From: Chiloscyllium plagiosum
Taxonomy: Eukaryota
Assembly (NCBI RefSeq): GCF_004010195.1
Contig: NC_057757.1
Location: 6,712,985-6,776,984 of the forward strand
Direction of reading: 5' to 3'
DNA length: 64,000 bases
Shown piece after piece: positions 24,255 to 37,739 of the stretch; position 1 is the first letter of the stretch; each line of letters opens with the position of its first letter. The translations under genes were made by a program, and so were the position numbers. The notes below the pieces were generated by a model. It was not told the DNA's origin. It was given only the letters and a program-made list of their open reading frames with translations, and ran no database searches.

Positions 24255-25330
24255 AGAATCCTAGGGGTTCAGGTATCAAAGCGCTGTGAAGTTTGTGTTG
24301 CAGTTGGACAGGGTGGTTAAGAAGACATTTAGCATGCTTGCCTTTGTTGCTCAGACATTTGAGTATAGGAGTTGGGACATTATGTTGAGGTTGTACAGGA
24401 CGTTGGTGAGGCCTTTTCTGGAATTCTGTATCCAGTTCTGGTCACCCAATTATAGGAAGGATATTATTAAGTTGGAGAGGGTTCAGAAGAGACTTACCAG
24501 GATGTGGCCGGGGTTGGAAGGTTTGAGTTATAAAGAGAGGCTTGATAGGCTGAGACATTTTTCACTGGAGCGTAGGAGGTTGAGGGGTGACCTTAGAGAG
24601 ATTTATAAAATCATGAGGGGCACAGATAAGCAATAATGAGGGGGCATAGCTTTAAATTAAGGGGTGGTAGGTATAGGACAGATGTTAGGGGTAGATTTTT
24701 TACTCAGCGAGTCGTGAGTTCATGGAATGCCCTGCCAGTAGCAGTGGTGGACTCTCCCTCTTTATGGGCATTTAAACGGGCATTGGATAGGCATATGGAG
24801 GATAGTGGGCTAGTGTAGGTTAGGTGGGCTTGGATCGGTGCAACATCGAGGGCCAAAGGGCCTGTACTGCGCTGTATTCTTCTATGTTCTATGATAAGGT
24901 GAATGGCAGGTGTCTTTTCATTACAGTGGGGGATTCAAGACTAGGGGACATATTTTTAAGGTGAGAGGAGAAGGGTTTACAAAAGACATGGGGGCAATGT
25001 TCTCTTACACAGAGATGGTTCATGTGTGGAATGAACTTCCAGAGGAAGTGGTGGATGTGGGGTTATAACATTTAAAAGACATTTGGATGAGTACATGAAT
25101 AAGAAATGTTTGAAGGGATATGGGCCAAGTGCATGCAGGTTGGACTAATTTAGTTTGGGATTGTGGTCGATGCGGAATGGTTGGACCCAAGGGTCCAACC
25201 TGTATTCCTGATGAAGGGCTTTTGCCCGAAATGTCGATTTACTGCTCCTCGGATGCTGCCTGAACTGCTATGCTTTTCCAGCACCACTCTATTCCAGAAT
25301 CCAAGGGTCTGTTTCATGTTGTATGACTCT
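24255..25330 (+). mobile_element. CR1-type LINE fragment containing a nested CR1 3' end of another subfamily (24631-24892, TSD gataag) and a Penelope-end insert (25196-25300, TSD ccaagggtc)
   Basis: ORF 24286..24636; the host LINE resumes at 24893; (ttctatg)n tail on the nested copy. Confidence 0.85.
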
Positions 25331-25454
25331 ACGTTACTAGCAAGCTAGTGGTCATGAGCAGGATTTTAGGCAGCAGGATTCTTACACCAGGGACGTGAAG
25401 GAACAGCCCCCAATATGGGTTAGGAGTGGTGATCATGAGTTTTTTTTAAAATAT

Positions 25455-26050
25455 AAATTCATTCACAAGACAAGGGCATCGCTGGCTAGGCCAGCGTTTA
25501 TTGCCCATCCCTAATTGCCCAGAGGGTAGTTAAGAATCAACCACATTGCTGTGGGTCTGGAATCACATGTTGGCCAGACCAGGTAAGAAACAAGAGCGTG
25601 GTGCTGGAAAAGCACAGCAGGTCAGGCAGCATCCGAGGAGCAGGAGAATCGACGTTTCAAGCCTAACCTCTTCATCAGCATTCCTGATGAAGGCCTTATG
25701 CCCGAAACATCAATTCTCCTGCACCTTGGATGCTGCCTGACCTACTGTGCTTTTCCAGCACCACCCTCTCGACTCTGTCTCCAGCATCTGCAGTCCTCAC
25801 TTTCTCCTAGACCAGGTAAGAATGGAGGTTTCCTTCCCTAAAGGACACTGGTGAACCAGATGGGATTTCTCGACAATCAACAATGGTTTCACGGTCATCA
25901 GTAGATTCTTAATTTCAGATTTTTTAAAAAAAAATTGAATTCATATTCTATCATCTGCCATGGTGGGATTCAAACCCAAGTCCTCAGAAAATTAACTGAG
26001 TTTCTGGATTAATAGTCTAGCGATAATACCACTAGGCCATCGTCTCCCCT
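25455..26050 (-). mobile_element. SINE family B with nested palindromic Penelope end (25590-25808)
   Basis: Perfect 14-bp TSD agaccaggtaagaa at 25576-25589 and 25809-25822. Confidence 0.8.
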
Positions 26051-26134
26051 CAAGTGACTCGAGTTCCATGGTCCAATAGGGAAAAGGGGCCCCAAGTTTC
26101 CCATGTGGAGCCTGGAGGAACTCTCTCACTCAGA

Positions 26135-26965
26135 GGTCTGCTGACATCACCACCGTAATGGAACAGATATCTAACAATGATGTACAAAATGCAGAAAGGA
26201 GATGGAGGGAGTGGTGATGTTGTGCAATGAGAACAACCTCTCTCTCAATGTTGGCAAAACTAAAGAACTGATCATTGACTTCAGAAACAAAGAACACCCC
26301 CCCCCCCCCCCCCACCCATTTACATCAACAGAACTGAGGTTGAGAGGGTGGAGAGCTTCAAGTTCCTCGAAGTGACAATAACTGACAACCTGTCTTAGAC
26401 TTCCCGCATAGATGCAATGGTCAAGGCACCACAACACCTCTTCTTCCTCAGGCGGCTCAGGATATTCAGCAACGTCTACAGATGCACCATTGAGAGCATA
26501 AAGACGGTTGCATAATGGCCTGGTATGGCAACTGCTCTGCCCAGGAACATAAGGAACCACAGAAGGTGGTGTGCACAGCCCAGATCATCATGGAAGCCAA
26601 CCATTCATCCAAGGACTCCATTTACACGGCTCGCTGCCGCAGAAAAGCTGCCAACATCATCAAAGCCCCATCGCACCCCAGTGATGGTCTCCTACAACCT
26701 CTTCCGTCAGGCAGAAGATACAGAAGCCTGAACATGCACACACCAGCAGGTTCAGGAACAACCTCTTCTTGGCCATTGTTAGACTGATGAATGGACTCAT
26801 TAGCCTCAAATAATGCTGATCTTACTAATGCTGATCTCACCTACTGCATGCACTATGCAATGTAACCTGCATGCCTCTGTTGAAGTATTTTGATCTGTAC
26901 ATTCTTGCTTACTACTTTCTGCTTGTATTACTTGTAAATAAAGCTTTTCACTGCACCTCGGCACA
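26135..26965 (+). mobile_element. Rex1/Babar-like LINE 3' fragment
   Basis: Degenerate NNLSLNVGKTKELIIDFR...VERVESFKFL...LFFLRRLR; AWYGNCSAQ...LLQPLPSGRRYRSL. Confidence 0.8.
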
Positions 26966-27260
26966 TAGAGTTATAGAGTCATAGAGATGTACAGCATGGA
27001 AACAGACCCTTCAGTCCAACCCATCCACGCCGACAAGACATCCCAACCCAATCTAGTCCCACCTGCCAGCACCCGGCCCATATCCCTCCAAACCCTTCCT
27101 ATTCATATACCCATCCAAATGCCTCTTAAATGTTGCAATTGTACCAGCCCCCACCACATCCTCTGGCAGCTCATTCCATACACATACCACCCTCTGCATG
27201 AAAAAGTTGCCCCTTAGGTTTCTTTCATATCTTTCCCCTCTCACCCTAAACCTATGCCCT
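26966..27260 (-). mobile_element. CR1/HER1 3' end inserted in the Rex1 tail
   Basis: WNELPEDVVGAGTIATFKRHLD; the Rex1 tail resumes at cacatgtgacaataaa. Confidence 0.85.
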
Positions 27261-30200
27261 CACATGTGACAATAAATCAATCAATCAAAAAGAATTCTTA
27301 AACAGAAACAAATCTATCTGGGCCCCTTCCAGTTACAATTCTGACTGTCACTAAGTTACATTGGACAGGCCAGGAACTACCTCAGTGTCAACACAAAGTC
27401 ACCTGCATCTGTGTGACAGCTGAAGGAAGGAAGCAGGTTCTTCCTGCTTGGGTCATTACAGATCCCAAACCTGTAAATCCACCTGTAGAAATACAGTAAA
27501 TCAATCTTCTCAGAACACAGGAACAAGAGGTGGCCATTTAACCCCCTGATCTGTTATATTCAGTGGGATCATGTCTGACGATAAGACGCAAGAGCAGAAG
27601 TAAGTCATTCAGGCCATTGAGTCTGTTCCACCAGTCACTTAATCATGATTGATCTACCTGGTCAGCGTGGAGGAGTTGAGCCAAAGGGCCTGTTTCTGTG
27701 CTGTATGACTCTGTGATAATCTTCAACTCCACTTTCCTGCCTTTAACTCATAACCCTTGTTCCCCTTATGGGTTAAAAATTTCTCTCAGCTTTAAATAAA
27801 CTTAATGGCCCAGCCTCAACAGCCCTCTGCAGTGAAAAACAAATACAGATTCACTCCATTCTGCGAGAAGAAATTCATACAAATTTCTGTTCTACCTAGG
27901 TGACCCTTTACTCTGAAATTATGCCTCCCGGTCCAAGACTCTCCCACGGGGGAGCGAAATTTCTCAGTGTCTACCCTATCAAGCTTCCCCGCTGACCTCC
28001 CCAAAATAATCTTTACAAGTCTTGGAGCATTAGTGAAGAGAGAAACAGCATTAACATTTCAAGTTCTTCACAATCGTATTAGACTCAAAATGTTTACTCT
28101 GTTTTCTTCACCACAGGTGCTATCAGACCAGCTTAGTTTTGCCAGAATTTTCTACTTTTATTTCAGCTGTATTTCAGCACTTTGCTTTTACTCACTGAAG
28201 AATCTGTTTGTTTCAATAGGTTGCCTGTCATTCTTTTAAACTCCATTGAATACGGGTCTACCCTACTCAACCTCTCCTCATAAGAAAGTCCCTCCGTACC
28301 CAGGATCAGCTTAGGAAATCTTCTCTGAACTGTTTCCAGTGCCAGTATATCATTCATAAATTCATAGAATCCTTACAGTGTGGAAGCAGGCTATTCAGTC
28401 CATCAAGCCTAAACCCACCCTCTAAAGAGCACTCCACACAAACCCACCTCCCAACTTTGTAATCCTGCATTTCCCATAGCTAATCTACCCACACTGCACA
28501 TCCCTGGACACCAGGGGGCAATGTCAATCCAGCTAATGTGCACATCTTTGGACTGTGGGAGGAAACCAGAACATCCAGAGGATACCCAACGCAGACACAG
28601 GGAGAATGTGCTCCAAGTTTGGGATATTTGTGTCAGTCATCCCTGGACGCAGATCAGAGGTGATCACTGTGCCGTGAACTTTCCAAAGGTTGCTGAATCC
28701 AAACTATGGTTCATGGCTCCCGTGAAGTTCATGAATGAACCACCAGTCATGTTGAATAGATGGTCACCCCAGCTCACATTCATGTGACTAGTGTGAGTAC
28801 AGAGTGTGGGCTTGCTACCTGCACTCATACACGTTAGAAACTAGAGGCATCAGGATTGATCAGGGACCCCAGAATCAGGTGCCATCCATTATTAAATTCC
28901 CTCTGCTTTCATTCTCTCACGGTTGGAGGATTAAAAATCTTGGCCCATTGTTCTAGCAATTCCACACACGGTCCTTCTCAGTGTACCCTTCAGAAGTCGG
29001 CTTTTTGTGGCGCAGTGTTACTGTCCCTACATCTGAACCAGGACGCCTGTGTTCAAGTCTCATTCCTGATGAAGGGCTTTTGCCTGAAACGTCCACTCTC
29101 CGCTCCTTGGATGCTGCCTGACCTGCTGTGCTTTTCCAGCACCACACTCTCAATTCAAGTCTCACCTGTTCAAGAGGTGTGTAATAATGTCTCTGAACAG
29201 ACTGATTAGGAAATATTCATCCTACTGTGGTGCCAAGAACCTCAGGTACAAGGTGGGTCTACTTATTCTGGCTGTTGTGTGGACCCTTAAAGGCTTTCAA
29301 ATATTTCTGAATTATCTTTTTATCTCATCCAATGTTAAAGGGGTTCAACAAATAAAGGAGGGAACATTTCCAACAGCTAAGAGATACGGATCGACTCCAG
29401 CAACACTCTCTCCACTACAGACACCCGATGCCAGGAATCCTGTCTTCATGAAGGATAATTTAATGAACCTACCCCTCTGTCCATCAAAGTGCTTCATCTC
29501 ACAGTCCTTGACTGGGCTCATAAAGGAGCCTCCCAGTGGATGTACGGATCTGCTGCCCTTGAGATTTTCTGGTCCCTTTCATTTAACTCTGCAGAGCTTT
29601 GCTTGTTGCTGTTTGTCTTGAGCCCACAGACATCCTCTGCTGGCCGCGAGCCTTACTGCACACATTAAATGTTAACTTTTCTGACACGGAATTTTATCCC
29701 AGACTTCAGTGTCTTATGGTTCTTCACAAACCACTTAAAGAGCTAATATCTCAGGGTAATTCCATCACCAACACTGGTTCTGACATTTTTCTCAATGTGC
29801 AAACGCCACACAGTCACCTGAAGGTGAAATCAAATCTAGATCCCTGGTGCTGTGAGGCAGCAGTGCTAACCGCTGAGCTGCCATGCTGTCCATTTAATGG
29901 ACAATTTCAGAGGCCAAGTTGAATTTGCAACACACCCCCACCCCTGACCAATTCCACTCACCCTAGCAACCCTCTGCATGTCTGCAGTAATCTAGGTCCC
30001 TGCAGGTGATCATCCACAATGATGGCTCAGCTACTGCGGCCATATTATATCCATAAGGGGTTATTAAAGTTGCTGAGACAGAGCTTCTAAGATAGAGATG
30101 CCTGCTCCTTCTCCCTGGCCTGCATTGGCAAGTCACATCTCCTTCTAAGCAGGAAGGCTTTCCATTGACGGCCCAGCTTTGAGAGCCTGCTCACGCTCTT

Positions 30201-30330
30201 CATTGAAGGGTAAGCCTATCTTTCAGCCATGAATTAGCCAATTCAGTCAGAACCACTATTGGGTGCTAGTGGGTTCAGGAACGTTATGTTAATCTAGCAA
30301 ATAGATAAGCGGGTGATTGGGGTTAATTAT

Positions 30331-30845
30331 AGTGTCTTGTAGCACAGTGGTTAGGGATCTTGTGGCACAGTGGTAGTGTCCCTACCCTGGACAAGGAGGC
30401 CCGGGTTCAAGTCCAGCCTGCTCCGTCGAGGTCTGTAAAAACATCTCTGAGCCGGTTGATTAGAAAATAGTTGTGGCATGGTGGTTATTTGAAAACATTT
30501 GTGGCAGAGTGATAGCCCACAGGGGCTCTTGTGGTGCAGTGTTAGTGTCCCTGCCTATAGCCAATCCACCTAACCTGCACATCTTTGGACTGTGGGAGGA
30601 AACTGGAGAACCCAGGGAGAATGTGCCAACTCCGCACTGACAGTCACCTGTGGATGAAATCAAACATAGATCCCTGGACCCAGGAGACCTCAGTTCAAGT
30701 CCCACCTTCTCCAGAGATGTGTAATGACACCTCTGAACAGGTTGATTAGAAAATACCTTTGGCACAGTTCTAGCACAGTGGCAGTGTCCCTACTACTGGG
30801 CCAGGAGGCACAGGTTCAAGTCTCGCCTCTTCCAGAGGTGCGTAT
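30331..30845 (+). repeat. Cluster of three ~115-bp tRNA-like monomer repeats (family C), one interrupted by an HE1 fragment
   Basis: Repeated tgtggc/tgcagtgg...ggttcaagtcc...ctctga.caggttgattagaaaata; further copies at 29003-29215, 32468-32550, 35658-35770 and 48640-48725. Confidence 0.7.
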
Positions 30846-31409
30846 CTTTTTTAACTTTGTTCATGGAAATTGATCTTCAGTAGCAAGGCCATTACTTACT
30901 GCACATCGCTAACTGACCTTGGGAAGATGGGGTGAGTTGTCTTAGTGCAACATTCACAGTCCATGTGGTGTTCAGGACACTTACAGCACTGTTTGATCCC
31001 ACAACACCAAAGGAACGGCGATACAGGTCCGGCTAGGTTGGTGTATCAGTTGGATGGAACTTGTTAGTGGTGGTGTTCCTGTTCAACTGCTGCCCATTTC
31101 CTTCTAAGCGGCAGATGTCACAGGATTGGAAATTGGTGTCAGAGGAGCCATGGTGATCGCTACAGTGCATTTTGAAGATAGTTCGCACTGCTATTACTGT
31201 GCACTGTGGTGCAATAAGTGAATATTTCAGTCAACAGACATCTACGATCCAGATAATATGTTGCTTTTTTAACCTTCATTAAAGGTTCTAAATTTTGTCT
31301 ACCATAGATACCAAAACAAAAAATAGAGCCTTTCACAATCTTATAGCACTGAAACAAACCCTTCAGTTCAACCAGTCAATGCCAAACATAATCCCAAACT
31401 AAACTAGTT

Positions 31410-32050
31410 AGAATCCCTACAGTGTGGAAACAGTCCCTTCGGTCCAACAAGTCCACATCAACCCTCCGAAGAGAGACCCTCCCAGACCTATTCCCCTATA
31501 TTTTACCCCTGACTAATGCATCTAACCTACACATCCCTGTACAGTATGGGCAATTTAGCATGGCCAATTCACCTAACCTGCACATCTTTGGATTGTGGGA
31601 GGAAGCCAGAGAACCCAGAGGAAACCCACACAGACGCAGAGAGAATACGCAAACTCCACACAGACAGTCGCCCAGGTCTCTGGTGCTGTGAGGCAGCAGT
31701 GCTAACCACTGAACCACCGTGCTGCCCCAGTCCCACCTGCCTGCTCCTAGCCTATATCCCTCTAAACATTTCTTATTCATGTATTCATCTAAATGTTTCT
31801 AATCCATCACTTCCTCAGGAAGTTCATTCCACATGCAAACCACCCTCTGTGTAAAAACATTACCCCCATGTCTTTTTTAAATCTCCCTCCTCTCACCTTA
31901 AAAAAGACAACTACCTTTACCTCTATCTCCACCCCTCATTATTTTATAAACTTCAACAGGTTGCCTCTCTGGAGCTCCTACGCTCCAGTGAAAAACGTCC
32001 CAGACTATCCAGCCTTTGTTTATAATTCAGACCTTCCATTCCTGGTAACA
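31410..32050 (-). mobile_element. HE1 SINE inserted in a CR1 3' end
   Basis: SINE at 31410-31728; the CR1 tail continues on both sides. Confidence 0.8.
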
Positions 32051-33275
32051 TTCTACAAATTGCAATACAGAATGAGATGATCTGGATTTTCTTCAGAGTT
32101 GAGAGAAACATATTGACCATTATCGCTATTCTTTACATAGTGCCAGTGGACATTCAGATCCATCTGACAGGGCGGACAGGGCACCAGAGTGATTCCTCAC
32201 TTAAGCAGCAACATGTTCAGAGGTTCACTGGCAGTCTGATTTATTGTCTCAAGTCTCTGGAATGAAAAGATAGTGATGGCCTCGTGGTGATGTCGTTAGA
32301 CTAGTAATCCAGAAGTCTAGGTGATATTCCAGGAGCTCGGGTACAAATTGCGCCCTTGGTAGATAATGGCATTGAATCCAATTTAAAAGTCTGGATTTAC
32401 TCGTCTAACAATAACCACGAGACCATTGTCAATTGTCGTAAAATCCCTCTGGTTCACTCATGTCTTCAGGGTTCTTGTGCAGTGCATACCTCTGAGCCAG
32501 GAGGCATGGGATTGAGTCCCACCTGCTCAGGTCTGAATAAGTTGATATGAAAAAACACCGACATAATAGCGTAGTAAAGGAGAAGCAAATAGTTCTGAAG
32601 TGTAAAGTCAACTCCTCCATCCTTCTCTGACTCAGAAAGTGAATAGCCCAGGGTAAGGCAGTCCAAAACGAGAGGGCATAGGTTTAAGGTGAGAGGGGAA
32701 AGATTTAAAAGGGGCAACGTTTTCACACAGAGGATGGTGTATATATGGATTGAACTGCCATAGCAAGTGGCAGAGGCGGGTGCAATTACAACATTTAAAA
32801 AGCATTTGTACAGGTACGTGGATAGGCAGGGTATGGAGAGATATGGGCCAAGTGGGAATAGTTCAGTTTAGGAAACCTGATCAGCATGGACAAGTTGGGC
32901 CTAAGGGCCTATTTCTCTGCTGTATGGCTCTAAGTAAGAGTGCTACCGACTGAGCCGAGACAGACAGATGCTAAACTAGCTACAGGGAAACTAAAGTTAC
33001 ACAGTCTCCCTTTAAAAAAAAAAATCAGTATTACATTGGCCATCCTTCAATTCTCAGACAAACACTAACACTCATCAGAGCCCTGAGACAAAACTTTTTA
33101 ATTTTTTTATTCCGAGTACGAAGCCAATTGGAAGCTAATCCTTAATCTTCTTTTGACTCAAATAAGTGATCCAAAATGTTTCTTTTCTCTTTCTCATCTC
33201 ACTCCAGAATTCACCTGGTTTCCAATATTTCTTTCAATGAGCCGTTGCTACCCCTTATTTAATTTGAAATATTAC

Positions 33276-33404
33276 TTTTTTTTTCTGACGGGAAGGCTTG
33301 GAGGCCTGCTATGCTTTTCCAGTATGTAACGCTCCTTGTTTTTACAATGTTCGGGTGCACAGTACAGTCTGGGATCACTGTGCTTGCGTTAAGATGGCGA
33401 ACCC
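33276..33404 (-). CDS. Coding exon 5 (GVRHLNASTVIPDC...AFPSEKK)
   Basis: Acceptor tctttatcttgtacag, donor AAA|gtaata, 129 nt, open only in phase 1 to 1. Confidence 0.6.
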
Positions 33405-34139
33405 CTGTACAAGATAAAGAGCATTGTGCTGACATGCACAAGCACTGAGGCTCTTAACAACATTTACTCTATGCTCACAGTAACCAACACCAAGAAAACA
33501 ACGAGAGTGGGTGTTGAGAAATGGTCCCTTGGCTCAGTGAGTCCAGTTCTCCCAAACACTGTTTAGATTCGACACTTAACAGGCTTTGTCCTGTAGATCT
33601 GGAACTTACATTCTCTTTTCAACAGAAAACACAGCAATCCTGTTTCTCCTCCATAACTACCCTGCTAAGAAACCTGCTGGATTACGCATCTTTGACCAGT
33701 ATGATTTCTGAGAATGCTGTTTCGTCAGCACATCACTATCTTTCAAGACATGCAGGCATTCTCCATTTCAACAAAAGAGAAACGTCATTTCTCGAAGGGG
33801 GAGGATAACCAAAGGATAACCTGGTCGTCAAAAATAAATGGGATAGTTATTCGGGGAATGAGAGGCACATTTCCCTCTGTTACAAGCAGTGATTCAACTG
33901 CAGCTGGAGAGGAGATTAGAAGCACAGAAATTAGGAGCAGGATTAGGCTACATAGCCCTTCCGATCTGTTCCACTATTTAATATGGTTATGGCTGATCAT
34001 CGAACTCAGTCCCCTGTCCCCGCTTTCTCCCACATCCTTTGAACGCTTTAAATCTAAGGACTAAATCTAACTCATTCTTGAAAATATTTGATGTTTTGGC
34101 CTCATCCACATTCTGTGGCAGAGAAGTCCACAGGCTCAC

Positions 34140-34795
34140 CATAGAGTCACAGACTTGTACAGCACGGAATCAGATCCTTCAGTCCTACTCATCCTGCCAA
34201 CCAGATGTTTTAAATTAATCTCGTCTCATTTGCCAGCATTAGGTCCATATTCCTCTAAACCCTTCCTATTCATATACCCATCCAGGTGCCTTTTAAATGT
34301 TATAATTGTACCAGCCCCCACCACTTCCTCTGGCAGCTCATTCCATGCACACACCACTGTCTGTTTGAAAGAGTTGCCCCTAAGGTCCCTTTTAAGTCTT
34401 TTCCCCCTCTCACCTTATGCCCTTTAGTTTTGGACTCCTCTACAGTGGGAAAAAGACTTTGGCTATTTATCCATGCCCATCATGATTTTATAAACTCTCA
34501 ATAAGGTCACCCCTCAGCCTCCGACACTCTAGGGAAAACAGCCCCAGCCTATTCTGCCTCTCCCTGTAGCTCAAATACCGCCCCCCTACCCTGGCAAAAT
34601 CCTTGTAAATCTTTTCTACACCCTTTCAAGTTTAACAATACCTTTCCTAAGCAGGAGACCAGACCTTAATGCAATATTCTAACAGTGGCCTAACTAATGT
34701 CCTGTTTAGCCACAACGTGACATCCCAACTCCTGTACTCAGTGCACCGATGAATAAAGGGAAGCGCACCAAACGCTTTCAAGGAACTATGAACCT
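34140..34795 (-). mobile_element. CR1/HER1-type LINE 3' fragment
   Basis: Reverse-complement match to the other CR1 copies. Confidence 0.85.
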
Positions 34796-34974
34796 CATCT
34801 CAGTCCTAAATGGCCTTCTCCTTGGGCTGTGACATTTGATATTTAGAAATTATTATGAACTGTAGGTTAACTTTTACTCCTTCACCCAGATTAGGGAAAC
34901 AGTGGTGAAGTGGTACTGTCACTGGATTTGTAACTGGGGACATGGATTCAAAGACCATGATGATAGTTGTCATA

Positions 34975-35410
34975 AGACAATAGACAATAGGTGCAGGAGT
35001 CGGCCATTCGGCCCTTCGAGCCAGCACCACCATTCATTATGATCATGGCTGATCATCCACAATCAGTATCCTGTCCTGTCTTATCCCCATAACCCTTGAT
35101 TCTACTACCTCTAAGAGGTCTATCCATCTCTTTCTTGAAAGTATCCAGAGACTTAGCCTCCACTGCACTCTGGGGCAGAGCATTCCATACACCCACCACT
35201 CTCTGGGTGAAGAAGTTTCTCCTCAACTCTGTTCTAAATGGTCTACCCCTTATTTTTAAACTGTGTCCTCTGGTTCTGGACTCACCCATCAGCGGCCTTC
35301 CTCTCCTTTAATAATCTTGTACGTCTCAATCAGATCCACTCTCATCCTTCTAAACTCAAGTGTATACAAGCTCAGTAGCTCCAATCTTTCAACATATGAT
35401 AGTCCTGACA
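34975..35410 (-). mobile_element. CR1-type LINE 3' end (different subfamily)
   Basis: GESRTRGHSLKIRGRPFRTELRRNFFTQRVVGVWNALP. Confidence 0.85.
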
Positions 35411-35875
35411 GTGAACTAATGACATAACCATGGGGTCTATTTTTACACTTTGGCCATGTACTCCTTGCACTTGAATAATTTGCTCAACCCTCATTCTCTG
35501 GACTCTCACACAAGAAGAAGGTTTACGTTTTATGTTTTGCCCCTTACTTCTCTCAGAGCAATTCATTTTTCTCTGTGTCAACCTGATCAGATTATTTAAT
35601 TGCTTTAAATTACAATGTCCATAATCTTCTGCCAATCAATGAACAGGTGAAGTGCTGAGGGTTCTTGTGGTGCAGTGGCAGTATCCCTACCATTGAGCCT
35701 GGAGACCTGAGTTGGGGTCTCAACTGTTCTAAAGGTGTGTAATAACATCCCTGAGCAGGGTGATTAGAAAGTAGTTTATAAGCAAGGTGCTGGAGAGTTG
35801 CTGTGCGTTTGAAATCAGAACGCAGCATACTTGGGAAGGGGAAACCTTTTGAAAAATTGCGTTTTTTAAAAGAAA

Positions 35876-36170
35876 GGCACGGTGGCTCAGTGGTTAGCAT
35901 TGCTACCTCACAGCGCCAGGGACCCGGGTTCGATTCCCACCTTGGATGACTGTCTGTGTGGAGTTTGCACATTCTCCCTGTGTCTGCGTGGGTTTCCTGT
36001 GGGTGCTCCAGTTTCCTCCCACAGTCCAAAGGTGTGCAGGCCATGCTAAATTGTCCATAGTGGTGGATGCATTAGTCAGGGTAAATAGAGGCTGGGGGTG
36101 GTGGGTTATTCTTTGGAGGGTCAGTGTGGACTTGTTGGGCCAAACGGCCTGTTTCCGTAGAGAATCTAAT
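35876..36170 (+). mobile_element. HE1-type SINE
   Basis: ggcacggtggctcagtggttagc...gggttcgattccc head. Confidence 0.85.
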
Positions 36171-36439
36171 ACTTTCAGAATCAGAAATTAATTATTCAGT
36201 GTCTATGTTGGGAAGGAAATATATATTTGCCTGGGGCAGGTAGGGGTGATACAAAGCATAGACTCAACAGAACGACATCAGAGAATAGGTCAAATTAATA
36301 GGATGACCTATATTCATTTGAATAGCTGCCCAGTATTTGCCCAATGCTAGCTATACAGCTGTGAGGGGCTTGCAACAATTACACTACAGTGTGGCACACA
36401 ATCCAATATAATCATAAATCGTATGTCCAGAAGCCATAC

Positions 36440-36518
36440 CTATGCATTCCTCTAGAGACTTGTCTATGACAGACTGGAAGATCTTTTCATACTGAATATC
36501 ACTGAGTGTTGAGATCGG
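36440..36518 (-). CDS. Coding exon 4 (PISTLSDIQYEKIFQSVIDKSLEECI), predicted amphipathic helix
   Basis: Acceptor ttttgattaatcttttcag, donor ATAG|gtatgg, 79 nt, phase 0 to 1, exactly the phases needed after exon 3; absent from the ORF track. Confidence 0.8.
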
Positions 36519-36677
36519 CTGAAAAGATTAATCAAAAGCAACACTTTAAAAAAAAGAGGAAAAACTACACACATCTACAGGTAATTAATGTCCAGCTGCT
36601 ACGAAAAAGATATAAATTAAATTTTATCCGGCATGAGTTTAATACATACATAAGACTATTATGTCTGCAACAGGATT

Positions 36678-37245
36678 TTATAGAGTCATATAGCACGGAT
36701 ACAGACAACTAGTCTACACCGACCGTGTTCCCAAACTAAACTAGTCTCACCTGCCTGCGCTAGGCCCATATCCCTCCAAACCTTTCCTATACATGTACCT
36801 CTCCAAATGCCTTTTAAATGTTGTAACTGTACCTGCATCGACCACTTCCTCTGGAAGTTCATTTTACACACATCTTAAAAAAATGTCCCTCACATCTTTT
36901 TAAATCCTTACCCTCTCGCCTTAAAAATATGTCCCCTAGCCTTGAAATCCCCCATCCTAGGGAAAAAGACACCTTATCTGTACCCCGCCATGATATTATA
37001 AAACTCTATAAGGTCACATCTTAACCTCTTACACTCCCCAATGAAAAACTCCCAGCTTATCCAGCCTCTCCCCAATACTCAAACCCTCTACTCCCAGCTT
37101 CACCCTGGTAAATCTTTTCTGAACCCTCTCAAATCTAATAATATCTTTTCTATAGCAGGGGGACCGGAACTGGACACAGTGCTCCAGAACAGGGCTTTAC
37201 CAATATCCTGTACAACCTCAATATGACGCCCCAATTCCTTTACCC
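36678..37245 (-). mobile_element. CR1-type LINE 3' fragment
   Basis: Match to the CR1 tail family. Confidence 0.8.
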
Positions 37246-37739
37246 AAAAAATGTTAAAACAAAATTTAAAGGAATTAGATTAAAGTATTTGTGCATTTTT
37301 TTATAGCACTGCGCAATCTCAAAATGCATATTTGTGAGGGTGTGTGGACATGAGCACTTAGGAAAGTTTCTCCCCCGCCTCTACTCTCATTGAAATCCCC
37401 CACGTTACCTATTTTATTCTCTTAAACAACAATCTCCCTCATTCTTACATCAAATTCATCCTTTCTCTTCTGCACCCTTTCTTTTTAATGTCAAACCTCC
37501 TAAAGTACGTTCCTTACACCCAACAATATTTAAACAAACTGTCTTGCCAACCCCCTCCCCCCCACAGAATGTCACAAAGTCACCAGGAATTAATAGTTAA
37601 TCTCACAGACATTTTTGTGGGGAACACTTAGAAATAAATCATTGGAGTATTAAAAAGTAAACGCCAGAGAGCAAGGAAAAAGCTGCTTAACTGAAAGTCA
37701 AGAAACATCCAATCCAATATCAGTCTATTTATTTCCCTA

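Noticed and set aside
35430..35582. Lys/Arg-rich minus-strand ORF segment between exons 4 and 5
   Set aside because: No polypyrimidine tract, and it is open only in an incompatible phase.
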